Part shown: piece after piece, positions 53,034 through 64,000 of the stretch | Layout: each line of letters opens with the position of its first letter | Numbering within the stretch: position 1 is the stretch's first letter | Source of the DNA: Tubiluchus corallicola | Taxonomy: Eukaryota; Animalia; Priapulida | Length of the DNA: 64,000 nt | Assembly: GCA_030141605.1 (NCBI GenBank) | Contig: JAQGDQ010002378.1 | Span: forward strand, 124,001-188,000 | Direction of reading: 5' to 3' | Notes under the pieces: generated by a model | What the model was told of the DNA's origin: nothing | The model's database searches: none | The model's input: only the letters and a program-made list of their open reading frames with translations | Position numbers and translations under genes: made by a program

Positions 53034-53075
53034 TATGGTTATGGTTGTGGTAATCGTTATCGTTATCGTTATCGA
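52845..53075. repeat. (TTATCG/TTATTG/TCATCG)n hexanucleotide repeat
   Basis: Directly visible. Source of the YR, IV and IT dipeptide ORFs. Confidence 0.95.
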
Positions 53076-53355
53076 CATTATACGCGATATACAGAATGTT
53101 AATTCTTTCAAGTTAAGAGCTTCTTCTACTGACTGAGATTTGAAAATTACCGCATCGAGATCTACTTTTTGCTCTGTAGGATAACATTTCAGTACCTTTA
53201 ACATCCACTGAGAGTTAAGAATTAAATAACGTCGCTAATTCTCAATAATTACTTTTAAGCATGGCGTGAACTTATCGCCGGCAGCTTTCTTATTAGAGTC
53301 AGTCCTAGAAATACACATTATTGCCACACCTGGTAATAAAACTACTAAACGTGTA

Positions 53356-54196
53356 CAGCGACACCGACAGTGACAGCGACAACAACAAAAACAACAACAG
53401 CTACAGGAACAGGAACAGCAATAGCGGTAACTGCATGTGCAGCAGCAACAACTACGATGACAACAACAACAACAACAACAATAACAGCAACAGCGACAGC
53501 GACAACGACAACGACAACAACAACAGCTACAGGAACAGCAACAGCAATAGCGGCAATGACAACACCAGCAGCAACAACCACAACAACAACGACAACAACA
53601 ACAGCAGCAGCAACAACAACAACAACAGTGACAGCGACAGTGATAACAACAACAACGACAACAACAACAGCTACAGGAATAGCAACAGCAATAGCGGCAA
53701 CGGCAGCAGCAGCAGTGACAACAACAACAACGGCAATGGCGACAATGACAATCACAACAACAACGACAACAACAACAGCAACAACAAAAACAACAACAAC
53801 AACGACAACAACAACAGCAACAACAAAAACAACAACAACAGCTACAGCAATAGCGGCAATGGCAACAGCAGCAGTGACAACAACAACAACGGCAATGACG
53901 AAAATGACAATGACAACGACAACGACAACAACAACAGCAACAACAAAAACAACAACAACAGCTACAGGAATAGCAACAGCAATAGCGGCAACGGCAGTAG
54001 CAGCAACTACAGCAGCAGCAACAGCAACAACAACAACAACAGCAGCAACAACAAAAACAACAAGAGCAGCAGCAACAGCAACAGCAACAACAACAACAAC
54101 AACAGCAACAACAACAACAGCAGCAACAGCAGTAACAGCAACAACAACAACAGCAACAACAGCAACAGTAGTAGCAGCAGCAGCAACAACAACAAT
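53356..54196. repeat. ~840-bp compound (AAC/AGC/GAC)n tract with a recurring ~40-bp motif
   Basis: The block AACAACAGCTACAGGAAYAGCAACAGCAATAGCGGCAA recurs about five times at irregular spacing. Confidence 0.93.
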
Positions 54197-54544
54197 AAAA
54201 AAGGCGCTTCTTTGTACTACTCATTTGCTATTTCTAATTACGAAATGTATAAAATCTTGGGTACGTTTATTGCGATGTCGTTTCATTTGCTACATTAAAA
54301 TTGGCAAAATCTTGCCTTATAATTGCGCAAAACTTGTAAAATTATGCGCTTAATTAACCATGAATTGATGTGCGCGCACTATTTTTACTTTTATACCGTT
54401 TTGTGCGCCATTTAACAAATTCTTCATCAATTACTTTATATGAGCTTGGGCAGGCCTGGGGCAGTTCATTTAGCAGCGGGATCCTCACTTCTCGTTTGTA
54501 TAACGAGAAGAACAAACGTGTTGAACTAAATTTCAAGCTTATTA

Positions 54545-54817
54545 GTCCCCGCGTAGATGTGCAATTTTCAGTTGCGCAATTAAAAGTTGTGCAGCCGAAA
54601 ATTGTAGCAATTTTACTCGTGCACCAAAATCGCACCCCCAGACAAGCAATTTTAAATTGCGCAACTGGCGCTATGAAGATTGAAGAGGTAGTCAGCGATT
54701 AGTGAAAGGGCGATTTTATAAGCTCTATGACCACTTTTACTGGCTTCATCCGAGTAATTTAGTTATTATCGGATGAGTTCAAATAGTTTTGATGAACTGC
54801 TGCGTAAGCTCGACATC
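54545..54817 (+). mobile_element. PIF/Harbinger transposon relic (left end plus a nuclease N-terminal fragment)
   Basis: The end resembles a Harbinger terminus (GTCCCCGCGTAGATGTGCAATTTT-GTTGCGCAA). From 54696 it reads RLVKGRFYKLYDH..HP, then after a frameshift FSYYRMSSNSFDELLRKL, matching the F-Y-RMS-F-LL motif of Harbinger/HARBI1 nucleases. Confidence 0.7.
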
Positions 54818-55062
54818 AAGTGGAGAAGCGTTACAGCATTACCTGAGAGAAACGACTCTTATCTTTGGCCTTCTCTTACTATACTGTGGGCATATTTTAC
54901 AATATAATCCATGCAAAATTTAAGCTCAATTGGTGTAGCAGCTGCACCATAATGTGATATGCTACCTTAATAACAAAAACTGCTTAAAAGTGAACGAATG
55001 GAGCCATCTATGCAGTTAAAAGACTCGAAATATTAATACAAATGTTGTTTAGCGATGAAAGA

Positions 55063-55171
<109 letters not shown>

Positions 55172-55699
55172 TTTACAAACATAAGCTCAAGTACAATTAA
55201 TAAATGACACAATTAAAAAAACAAGGCATACAGGAACACGTCCCTACAATTACAGGGTTCTTTTTAAGCGCAGTATATTAAAAAATACCATAATTTATGA
55301 CAAACACATCTACATATGTTTCACAGTGCTAATTGAATACACTAATTCTTAGCAAAATAAGTCGTACCTTTTAATTTAGAATCAACTATTGTTGAAATGT
55401 TATGCAGATAGTTAATCAACAGTTTCTTAAGTTTTACATGTCTGCGCGGACCTTAGGGTTTGGATATGTCTGAATATTCGTTACTGTTTTTAGACGGAAG
55501 TTCCTTATTTTTGCCTTATAGGTATAAAATTTGCTGAGTAGGACCCCCAATAAAATCAGTTGCCACATCTAGAAGACAGTAACAACTGCAGCAACAATAG
55601 CTGTGGTAACAACAACAGTTTCAGCAAAAGAAGCAATAGCAAAAAATGTGTCTAGCTCTTAAATTATGTCTACAATTTCAACAGGTAGCCTGTTTTCAG

Positions 55700-56090
55700 A
55701 TTTAAAGTGTTTTGAAAGTATTAAACATTTTTTGCTCGATTGCCCTTTGCATGTTGCTAGTAGAGAGGACCTCAAAGAACGACTAACAAACCTATACCAA
55801 ACAAACACATTACCTTTTAATATAAATAACTTTAACCCACAATTAGAAACTTCAGTTTTTCTTTCAGGTAGTTCACTACTAAGTTATGAACAGAACATCA
55901 TTCTATTTGATCTGGTGCAGCAATATATTGGTTCATCTAACCGTTTTAATTATCATAATTAACAATTGGAATAGTTATGTATATTTTGTGATAGATTTGT
56001 TTTTCCTGTCAAACTGCACTCCTGTAAATTTTGCAGCCTGAAGCAATTTGATCAGCATTTATTTGCTAAAGGCAATTATTTCAAATAAAT
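55700..56090 (+). mobile_element. CR1-type LINE 3' end with a C-terminal zinc-knuckle remnant
   Basis: ESIKHFLLDCPLH..SR..L...FLSGSSLLSYEQNIILFDLVQQYIGSSNRF is the typical terminal motif of invertebrate CR1 ORF2. A short UTR ends in AATAAA near 56085. Confidence 0.8.
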
Positions 56091-57615
56091 GTTTACAAAA
56101 AATGTTTTGCAACATAAAACATTGAAAATTAAAGTCACTATAGCTGGAAGTTAACAACAGAATATTATTGGAAACATTAGATTGATTTTAAACCCAGTCA
56201 CGTGGTTAGATCGACTCAAACGTACCACGCCTTCAATTAATTATAATATAATTATTATGCAACGCGTTAAATTTTAATTTTCTCGTACACTTCCGTTCCG
56301 TCACAAAAGACAAGTCTAAAGTGAACTTGTATCCGACCCACTCAAAGCGTCGAGTGTAATTAGACTTTATGACTCATACTCGTTCATCGTTTTAATTATT
56401 TTTTCAGCAATAAAGCGGTATGATTACAAACCAAATCAAAAATACCGTGTTAATTACCATGTTGCGTTCTTTATGATTGCTCTAGTAATCTTGTTATGCC
56501 TCTTTTGAACGGGGATTCTCTAATCAAAGGCAAATGTTTTTAATTCACTCAAAGCAAATCAGAGTAATATAATACAGATGCTGCTGATACGTGTTTTTAG
56601 CTATTAAAAAAGAGAAACGCTAAAACAAAAAACGAAATTTGTGAAAAGAAGAGAAGCAAAAAGAAAAATGATGGTTATGGTGGTGGTGATGATAACGACG
56701 ACGACAACAACAACAACAACAACAACGACGGCGGCGGCATCATGACGATGATGATGATGATAATTATTTTGACGATAACAGTGACCACAACGACCGCAGT
56801 GGCAACGACGATGATTAAGATAATGATGGTAGTGCGTCAGTTAGTCAGTTATGACAAAAAAAAGTTAATATTGACGGCAACTTATATGTCTGTGTCCCAA
56901 TTTCTCGTTTTTGTGTTTTTTTCATCACCATTTTTTCTTTTTTTAAATTATCTTTTTTGTGTCCACTCATTTGTTAAGTTCACTCTGCACAAGTTTTCTT
57001 ACAATTTCGACTTGTTGTGTCTTCATGTGCTGATGATTTATAAACTTTGTATATTACATATTGTTCTGTATGTACATGTACACATTGGCATTGTAAAATC
57101 TAAAAGTAAATGCGCAATAGTTATCTTTCCGTCTGCGCAGTAGCTGTTGAGATTTTTGTCTTTGACACAGGCGAACTTACATTTGCTTGTCATGTTCAAA
57201 TTCCATTGAGACTCTTATGGTAAGGTTACACGATTGTCAGCAATGCTTCGAATGTCAGAGCTAATAGATAAAGCATGTAAAATGCTAAGCGTTACAGTTT
57301 GATAGATTTCATGATAATGACCAAAAAGCAAGAATGCCCGCTTTAGATTCATCCCGTGTTTCACTAGTCAGTGATTGAACTCAATTACAGATTCTTGAGA
57401 AGCTACTAATGATTAGTATTTTGATGAAAAGTTTTTATTGATTTTACACTGAAGAGGAAAATGGTGTAATCTTGCACGTCTGATACGCTTGGCGGCGCTG
57501 CGTGTGTGGTTTAGATTGTTGAATTTCCAAGAGAAAGTTCTTTTTCCATTTGAAGAACTCGCGTGCAGTGTTGTTTCTGTTGAAAACTTTTACTAGGACA
57601 GGGTTTATTATGTAT

Positions 57616-57861
57616 GATTGTATATCGTTTCGCCAGTCTACTTTTTTCGCCAGGCGAAAAAGTAATTGGTGAAAAAGTGCACTGGTGAAAAAGTAGACTG
57701 GCGAAAAAGTGCACTGGCGAAAAAGTAGACTGGCGAAAAAGTGCACTGGCGAAAAAGTAGACTGGCGAAAAATTGCACTAGCGAAAAAGTAGACTGGCGA
57801 AAAAGTGCACTGACGAAAAAGTAGACTGGCGAAAAGATAACTGGCGAATTGGGGGATTACC
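57616..57861. mobile_element. MULE (Mutator)-type miniature element with 16-bp subterminal tandem repeats (246 bp)
   Basis: 9-bp TSD ATTATGTAT (57607-57615 and 57862-57870). Alternating CTGGCGAAAAAGTAGA / CTGGCGAAAAAGTGCA units, with inverted copies (TTTCGCCAGTCTAC) at the left end. Confidence 0.8.
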
Positions 57862-58399
57862 ATTATGTATAATGTAGAACCAGGTATAATTTCTGTGAAA
57901 GTCACGTGACCTGTCTTGTGATTGGCTAGGTAGAATTGGGGAAGGGATCGATATCAACATTGTTCTTTACCTTTTGCATTGTTGTTGATAGTGAGGTTAG
58001 AGTTTATGACCGTGAAAAATATACTAGGCCCTGTATATATATACAATATATATTGTATATGCAAGAAATATATACAAGAAACGTTATGAGGGTATGTACA
58101 TTACATTATTTATACGTACATAATATAAGATGCATTACACAACTGCTTATGAAAATAAACGATAATGTTAATCGCGATAATGTTAATGTCATTTACCATT
58201 AATAAATATTTTTCCTAGTTTTTATCTAGTAGGAAGCTGTAAAAAATCAAAATTCTTCTTTACGAAGTTCTTTTCTTTTCTTATAGTGACCTGAAGGACC
58301 AGTCTCTTCATTAATCACCAGTGGCTAGCGGCAGCAGTCATACTTCAGTGGACGCTGAACGTTAATTTGCTTTTACTGGCGACCATATTATTCCAAAAC

Positions 58400-58670
58400 A
58401 TGTCGAATTCCACCGATATATCGAGAACTAACTTATCCTACAGCACGGAGCTAAAATTGGACCATAACTGGGAAATAGTGTTTCTAACAATGGCGTACGT
58501 GATAGTGTTCATTGTGGGAGTGGTTGGAAACAGTTTTGTGTTAGCTGTGGTGATTCGAAGTCCACACATGTGGAACGTTACCAATCTTTTCATTGCTAAC
58601 CTTGCGGCGGCGGACATATTGGTGTTGCTCTTCTGTTTACCTTTTAATCTAGTCAATAGTTTATTTGCAA
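58400..58670 (+). CDS. Class A neuropeptide GPCR, SIFamide/NPFF receptor-like, first coding exon (N-terminus, TM1, TM2)
   Basis: MSNST...[50 protein letters not shown] contains the GN and LAxAD motifs and the SIFaR-like AY..VF..G..GNSFV.AVV.RSP.M..VTN. It has N-glycosylation sequons NST and NLS. Acceptor ttatag| at 58286/58287 (5' UTR part) and phase-1 donor A|gtaagt at 58670/58671. I found no later exons in the window. Confidence 0.92.
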
Positions 58671-59565
58671 GTAAGTATGCACACTTCTAACGGTAATCAT
58701 TCATTTTAAACACTAAAATAGAGCCAATGGCAGATTCATCTGTAGCCTTATTGTAAGGTGAATTGTTCATTGCACCCTAACATAGGTAAGAATTGTTACT
58801 AATATAATTAATTAGTTAATGCGCATGTACCAGGTAATTAAAAATTATCAAATTTTGCATTTAAGACGAATGAAAATTGAATTATTGTACGAATGTGTTA
58901 GTTTATAATAAAATAATGTTCAATAATGGGAAAGAAGAGACACACGTGACTATCTTTAAATAATAATTTAACAATTACGTATTTAAAATTAATGTTATGA
59001 GGACGTCGTATAGGGACTATAATCTTCAGGTACAGCAGTGAACTCTTGTGAAACTTTTCTAATTTGTAAGAGCTCAAGCTCATTACCCAGTAAGAATGGT
59101 GATTGGTTGAAAAAATTCACCGAAAAAAATCAAGAAAGCCCATTGGAGAAATTATAGGCTTACAAGCGAAGGGAGCTTTTTGGTAATTTGTTTTTAAAGA
59201 CTATTATCGTTTTATTCTAATTAAAATAACTGTTGAGTTTTCAGTGAAAAAAAAACAGAAAAAGCACATTCTGTTGTGACGATCACTTGTCGTGACCTGC
59301 ATATTTTTCCAGCATTATTCGAAATTCGAAATGATGCCTAGTATTTGTTTTAGACAATATTTCAAGCTTCATCCAATAGTAACTTGTTTACTTTTATCAG
59401 ATAATTATTTAAAACACTTTCGTTGGCAACTTTGTTTTGTTGCGCGATATTACATTTATTTCATGCGGCAATATTTTTGTTTTCTAAGAACTTTCTTTGT
59501 AATACAGCAATCTCATCGAAGCTTATTTTTACGATAAAATAAATTTCTGACTATATAATAACTAA

Positions 59566-59671
59566 AGGTGCTTTCATATTTTTACGGAATGTACTTCCAA
59601 CGAAACAAGTGAATAATCGTCTGCCCGATCGACATCATCGCAGCACATTCTGTATGCATGTGAAAGTACCT
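59566..59671. mobile_element. Small palindromic Harbinger/Tourist-like MITE (106 bp)
   Basis: TAA-AGGTGCTTTCATA...TGTGAAAGTACCT-TTA (11/13 TIR match, TWA flanks). Inner inverted pair TACGGAATGT / ACATTCTGTA. Confidence 0.6.
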
Positions 59672-60234
59672 TTACCATTATCACGTTTCTTCCGTTCTTA
59701 TGGCCACCATAACACCCACTTTATCAATTTATTTTCACACCTGAAGGCCAGAGATAAGATTTGATTACAATTTTTTTTCATTTGCTTGTAAAAATACATG
59801 TAGTTTGTATGTTAAAATAATTGTGCAAATGCAAGTAATTTCGCCTTTACCTACAAGGCTTTTAATGTTTGTTCAACTCAACAATTAGGGTTGTTTAGAA
59901 ACAATTTACCAGCACATTTCTCTCTAAGTGTTGCATTTAATGAGAAGGGATGCGCTCGTCTAGATTGTATTTCTATAAACGTGCAAATCTGCGTCATAAA
60001 ACAAAACCAAACTAGCAAAGGGTAGATTAAAAACAGACAAAGTTACTGGCAATGATAACAAGAACAGATGACATCGACAATGAGCTACCGACGACGACGA
60101 CGACGATGAAAACATTGGTGAGTGATGTTGATGTTTGAAGGATGAAAAAAGAATGAAGGAGGTATAGTTGTTGTAAGACGGTTTTGCGTATTATAGCAAT
60201 ATTATAACTATAGGGGAATAATGTTCTGAGAAGT

Positions 60235-60638
60235 GACGAAAACAATAGTGACGACGCGAAATAACGATGACGATGTAATGGTGATGGTGATGTTGATGAT
60301 GATGATGATGACGATGATGATGATGAAAACGACGATGACGACGACGATGATGACGATGACAATGATGGTGATGATGATCATCATCATGATCATGATCATG
60401 ACGATAATGGTGATGAGGATGATGATGATGATGACGACGACGACGACAATGATAATGATAATGAAAACGACGATGACGACGACGATGTAATGATGATGGT
60501 GATGTTGTTGATGATGATGATGAAAACGACGATGACGACGACGATGGTGACGATGACAATGATGGTGATGATGATGATGATGATGGTGATGGTGATGATG
60601 ATGATGATGATGTAGATGATGATGATGATGATGATGAT
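60235..60638. repeat. Compound (GAT/GAC/GGT)n tract
   Basis: Directly visible. Source of the poly-His, poly-Met and poly-Ser ORFs. Confidence 0.95.
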
Positions 60639-61180
60639 AAATTCTACTCTTATCCACCAGGCTAAGTTTTCTTTGCATAATCTCTGCAGTAGTCAATGAT
60701 TGCACGACAACAAACACTCATAAAGAATGGAAGACTTCCCTTTGCTAATCAGAGGAAGCTCCAATCACATTCATTCTGATAATCCGCTATGAAAAAGTTA
60801 TTGTGCAGTAAGAACCCACTAATGACGACAGAAAGATTGCTGTTGATCGCCGTGAAAGAATATCGGCGGATTTAGCAAGGATTATTTTATGAAGTGGCTC
60901 AACGAAATTTGTCGAGGATTATGCAAGATTAAATAAGATGAATACAATTTTTCAGAAATAATATTGTTTGCAAACAGAAGCTGAAACTTGACGCTAAAAG
61001 TTTTTTATGGTCTTGCGAGCTTACTGAATTATGGCGCCCGAAAAATCGTGGAAAGTGCTTGTTGGTCAACTTCTTATCGAGAGGAGATTATTCTAGTCTT
61101 GAACGGAGTGTTCAGAAATTAGAAGTTGGAAAAAATTTAAGGAAGACCCGAAGTAATAATTGACGTAGCAGCATTGTCTT

Positions 61181-61250
61181 GGGTTGGTTGGCCGACTGGT
61201 CTAGATTTCGGACATGCAGTCTTGAGTTCGAGACTACCGGCTACCAATGT
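61181..61250 (+). mobile_element. Degenerate tRNA-derived SINE head
   Basis: A-box-like TGGCCGACTGG and B-box-like GAGTTCGAGAC at tRNA-like spacing. No cloverleaf. Confidence 0.4.
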
Positions 61251-61714
61251 CAGGGCACATACCCTACATATTCGTGTTTAAGTGTCCTTATCCATATTGT
61301 TTTAAGTATAAGCCGCTAAATAACTGTTAGTGCAAGTGTTGTCTATTAAACAAGCGACAGCAAATAAATGTTGTCCTTGTCTTACGAGGGCACGCTAATC
61401 CACTACAAACATTTAATTTCAGAACAAACTTAAATTTAACAAAGCAAGCAAAGTCCCACTTCTAAACTTCCAAAGTACAAACTGTTTCCAAGCAATAAAA
61501 GTTTGTCTTGAAACTGTATAAACTTGTCTTGAAACAGAAAAATATTCCGTTGCATATGGATAACTAAAAGCCGATACGGCAGCCCGCAGCACCAAGGGGA
61601 GACTTGCACTCGCTGTCTGTTGTTAGACCTAGCGTAATAAAAATGTTGACTTAGATACAGAATATGTTTTGTACGTATGTTCTTTTCGTGCGTAAATTTT
61701 TCTGTATATTTTGA

Positions 61715-62194
61715 GCAAATAACTAAATTACCGTACAAAAATACCACTTTAGGGGCCAATCAAAAGTTTCCCGAGTTCTGCTGAACACTTGGAGTTTGAC
61801 TATGTTTATACGCCCTTAAAAGAGACACAGAAGAAGAGGAGAAAGCAGAGAAGGAGGAGAAAGTTAATAATGCGTAAAACCGCTGCCTGCAGTTAAACGA
61901 TATATTTTGCTTTATGAAACTGTCCAAGGGCAATTGGGTGTCCCTAAGTAGACTCGCGGACGTTAGACTTTCATATAATATTACTCCTATCAGCATTTTC
62001 ATCAAAGTTTCATTTGTGTGTACTTTACATATATTGCTTTTCTCAAATTTCATCATTATGAATCCTAATACAAATGCGAGTGTTGGACTGACTAATACTA
62101 CAAGCGCAAGAAAAATAGCGCATGCCTGCTTCCATGCTGGATGATAGACCAAATTTTTTTTCATAATTCTTGAGAATTTTTTACAAGCTTGCTG
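61715..62194 (-). pseudogene. Divergent class A GPCR pseudogene fragment (TM1-TM4), antisense within the neuropeptide-receptor intron
   Basis: ORF 61760-62164 has two hydrophobic segments, then C92 and R117 exactly 25 residues apart (C3.25-R3.50 spacing, S at 3.39 and 3.47, SLLRAY in place of DRY). A one-base frameshift gives IVKL(CTC; P expected)QVF...YFCTVI*LFA, with TAG (61723-61725) where TM4 Trp (TGG) is expected. Confidence 0.55.
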
Positions 62195-62346
62195 CTAATT
62201 TTGTGAATATATCCAATTGTCATCAGTGATCTTCAAATGACATCTGACTTCATATAAAGCGATGTATTTGAAATAGTCAACTCACTGGCAGCCTGTAGTT
62301 TAGAAAACCAAACTCTTTAAACCACCGACCTCCTCATGAAATCTGG

Positions 62347-62425
62347 CGTAAGTGAGTAGGACAGGAAGTGACGTAACTAGGAAATGACGTAAGTGAATAG
62401 GACAGGAAATGAAGTAACTAGGAAG
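62347..62425. promoter_or_regulatory. Duplicated 41-bp unit with four GGAA (ETS) cores and TGACGT (CRE half) sites
   Basis: CGTAAGTGARTAGGACAGGAARTGAMGTAACTAGGAA starts at 62347 and 62388 and includes the composite CAGGAAGTGACGTAA. Function is not demonstrated. Confidence 0.35.
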
Positions 62426-63039
62426 CCCGGGACACTCTATCTAACGTTGCCACAACCCAGTTTTGAAGTAAAATGAACTAAAAAAATTTCAAATATCAAA
62501 AGATTTCAGTGTTGATGATGATTACATCGAGTCTTTTAAATAATAGAACACGATAAAGGGAAAGAAAATGTAAGTCAATTTATCCAAATATAGAAACATT
62601 GGTACTATAACGGTCCATTGCCTTTTGGTTCCAATTAATCATAAATTATTACCATAATAATAACAACATAATATGGATATCATTGTGTACTAGCAAACTG
62701 AATATAAAATAAATAGATAATCAAGACTTATGAATTATGATTATATATGAGTTAGGCATTAATGTATAAACAAATTATATTTTATCTTAGTATTTTATGT
62801 ATTTTTATTTTCTATACGAATGTCAGTTTTCGACCCTCTTTTAAACCTACTTTAGACCTCCCGAATGATCTGTTTGACCTCTAAAGTCGAAGCTGACCAA
62901 TTCTGGAACCCTGCTGTAATTTGTAAAAATTTCATAAGCAAAACTTTTATTTCCTGTTATGTAACACAAGGGGATCAAACTTAGCATTCACCCACGTTTG
63001 TTGAATGCGTACTAATCACTTGCCTGACTAAGATAAAAC

Positions 63040-63316
63040 CTGCGCCGGGTTTAGGTATCAGCTGAGTAAGCGACAGCTTAGGGCCTCACAATCTACATGG
63101 GGCCTCAACAAGGTTCCAGATTGGGTTTTATACCCATTTTTATATTTAAGTAATAATTTAGTAATGTTTTAGTCAAGTGTATTGTTCTCTTTGCTATAAA
63201 TAATTAAGCCACGCATATTTTCAAGTTTTCTGGGACCAATTGGCGAAATTTAAAAAAAGAGGGCCTCAGAGCCTTATATAGTGCTTATATCCTCACCAAG
63301 TGTGAATACGGCACTG
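63040..63316. mobile_element. hAT-superfamily MITE (277 bp)
   Basis: 8-bp TSD GATAAAAC (63032-63039 and 63317-63324). Degenerate TIRs CTGCGCCGGGTTTA / TGAATACGGCACTG. Internal GGGCCTCA motifs. Confidence 0.85.
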
Positions 63317-63397
63317 GATAAAACACCGCTTCGGACTTATGGGTCATGTTTAGTCTATTTTATACGTGTTATTGTGAAAACAAAATGGTATATCTGC

Positions 63398-63638
<241 letters not shown>

Positions 63639-64000
63639 CACTGCTCCCCAATCCCCCTTCTCAAGCTGAACAGACTGCATCAGCCATTACAGCATAGCAA
63701 CAAAACACAGCATAGTGCTCACAAACGGAAATGTCGGCACCGGCTTATATTTTACATAAATTGTCGTGAGGTGTTAGGCGGTTATTATGCGGCGAGCAAT
63801 AAAGATGGAAATTTGTGGCCCGGGATAATGGCCTGGATTAAATGATTTAAGTTTGGAAAAGGTTAAACGCTGGCAGCAGTTAAACTGCTACATTTCAGAA
63901 TGTATTAGACTTCGGTTAGTTAAATGATTATTGCTCCGTTGTTGTTGTGGCTTCCTAGATTTAAAGCAGCACTGACTGAACGAAACACATGATTGGGTGC

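Noticed and set aside
57901-57925. GTCACGTGAC plus CCAAT box as the GPCR promoter
   Set aside because: The exon has a good splice acceptor, so the true start site is unknown. The same palindrome occurs at 8921 in repeat context, so motif presence alone is insufficient.
61436-62164. Selenocysteine or readthrough ORF (two ORFs in one frame separated by a single TGA at 61760-61762)
   Set aside because: The GPCR-like pattern continues in a shifted frame before this TGA, the downstream in-frame peptide has no recognisable features, and I saw no SECIS-like element.

Overview
AT-rich, intron-containing animal genomic DNA, probably an invertebrate and plausibly a lophotrochozoan (inferred from the 5S sequence type, Meta-domain SINEs and a SIFamide/NPFF-type receptor). 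Two host genes bracket the window on the + strand. The first is the last four coding exons of an MTA-family (metastasis-associated protein, NuRD subunit) gene at 1518-5208. The second is the first coding exon (N-terminus, TM1, TM2) of a SIFamide/NPFF-receptor-like class A GPCR at 58400-58670. The ~53 kb between them and the GPCR intron are dense with repeats: two Kolobok-like non-autonomous families, hAT, MULE and Harbinger MITEs with intact target-site duplications, CR1/L2/RTE/Penelope relics, several Pol III-headed SINE types, microsatellites and young tandem duplications. The most notable items are (1) a ~570-bp SINE with a full-length 5S rRNA head, a GC-rich body resembling a Vingi/Ingi 5' UTR and a possible HDV-like ribozyme fold at the junction; (2) a degenerate class A GPCR (TM1-TM4) nested antisense in the neuropeptide-receptor intron; (3) Penelope-type minimal hammerhead ribozyme motifs; and (4) a tRNA/5S chimeric head inside a ~1.5-kb inverted duplication. 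There is no CRISPR array or prokaryotic system. Nearly all ORFs in the supplied track are microsatellite or chance artefacts. Family assignments come from motif recognition only, with no database search.
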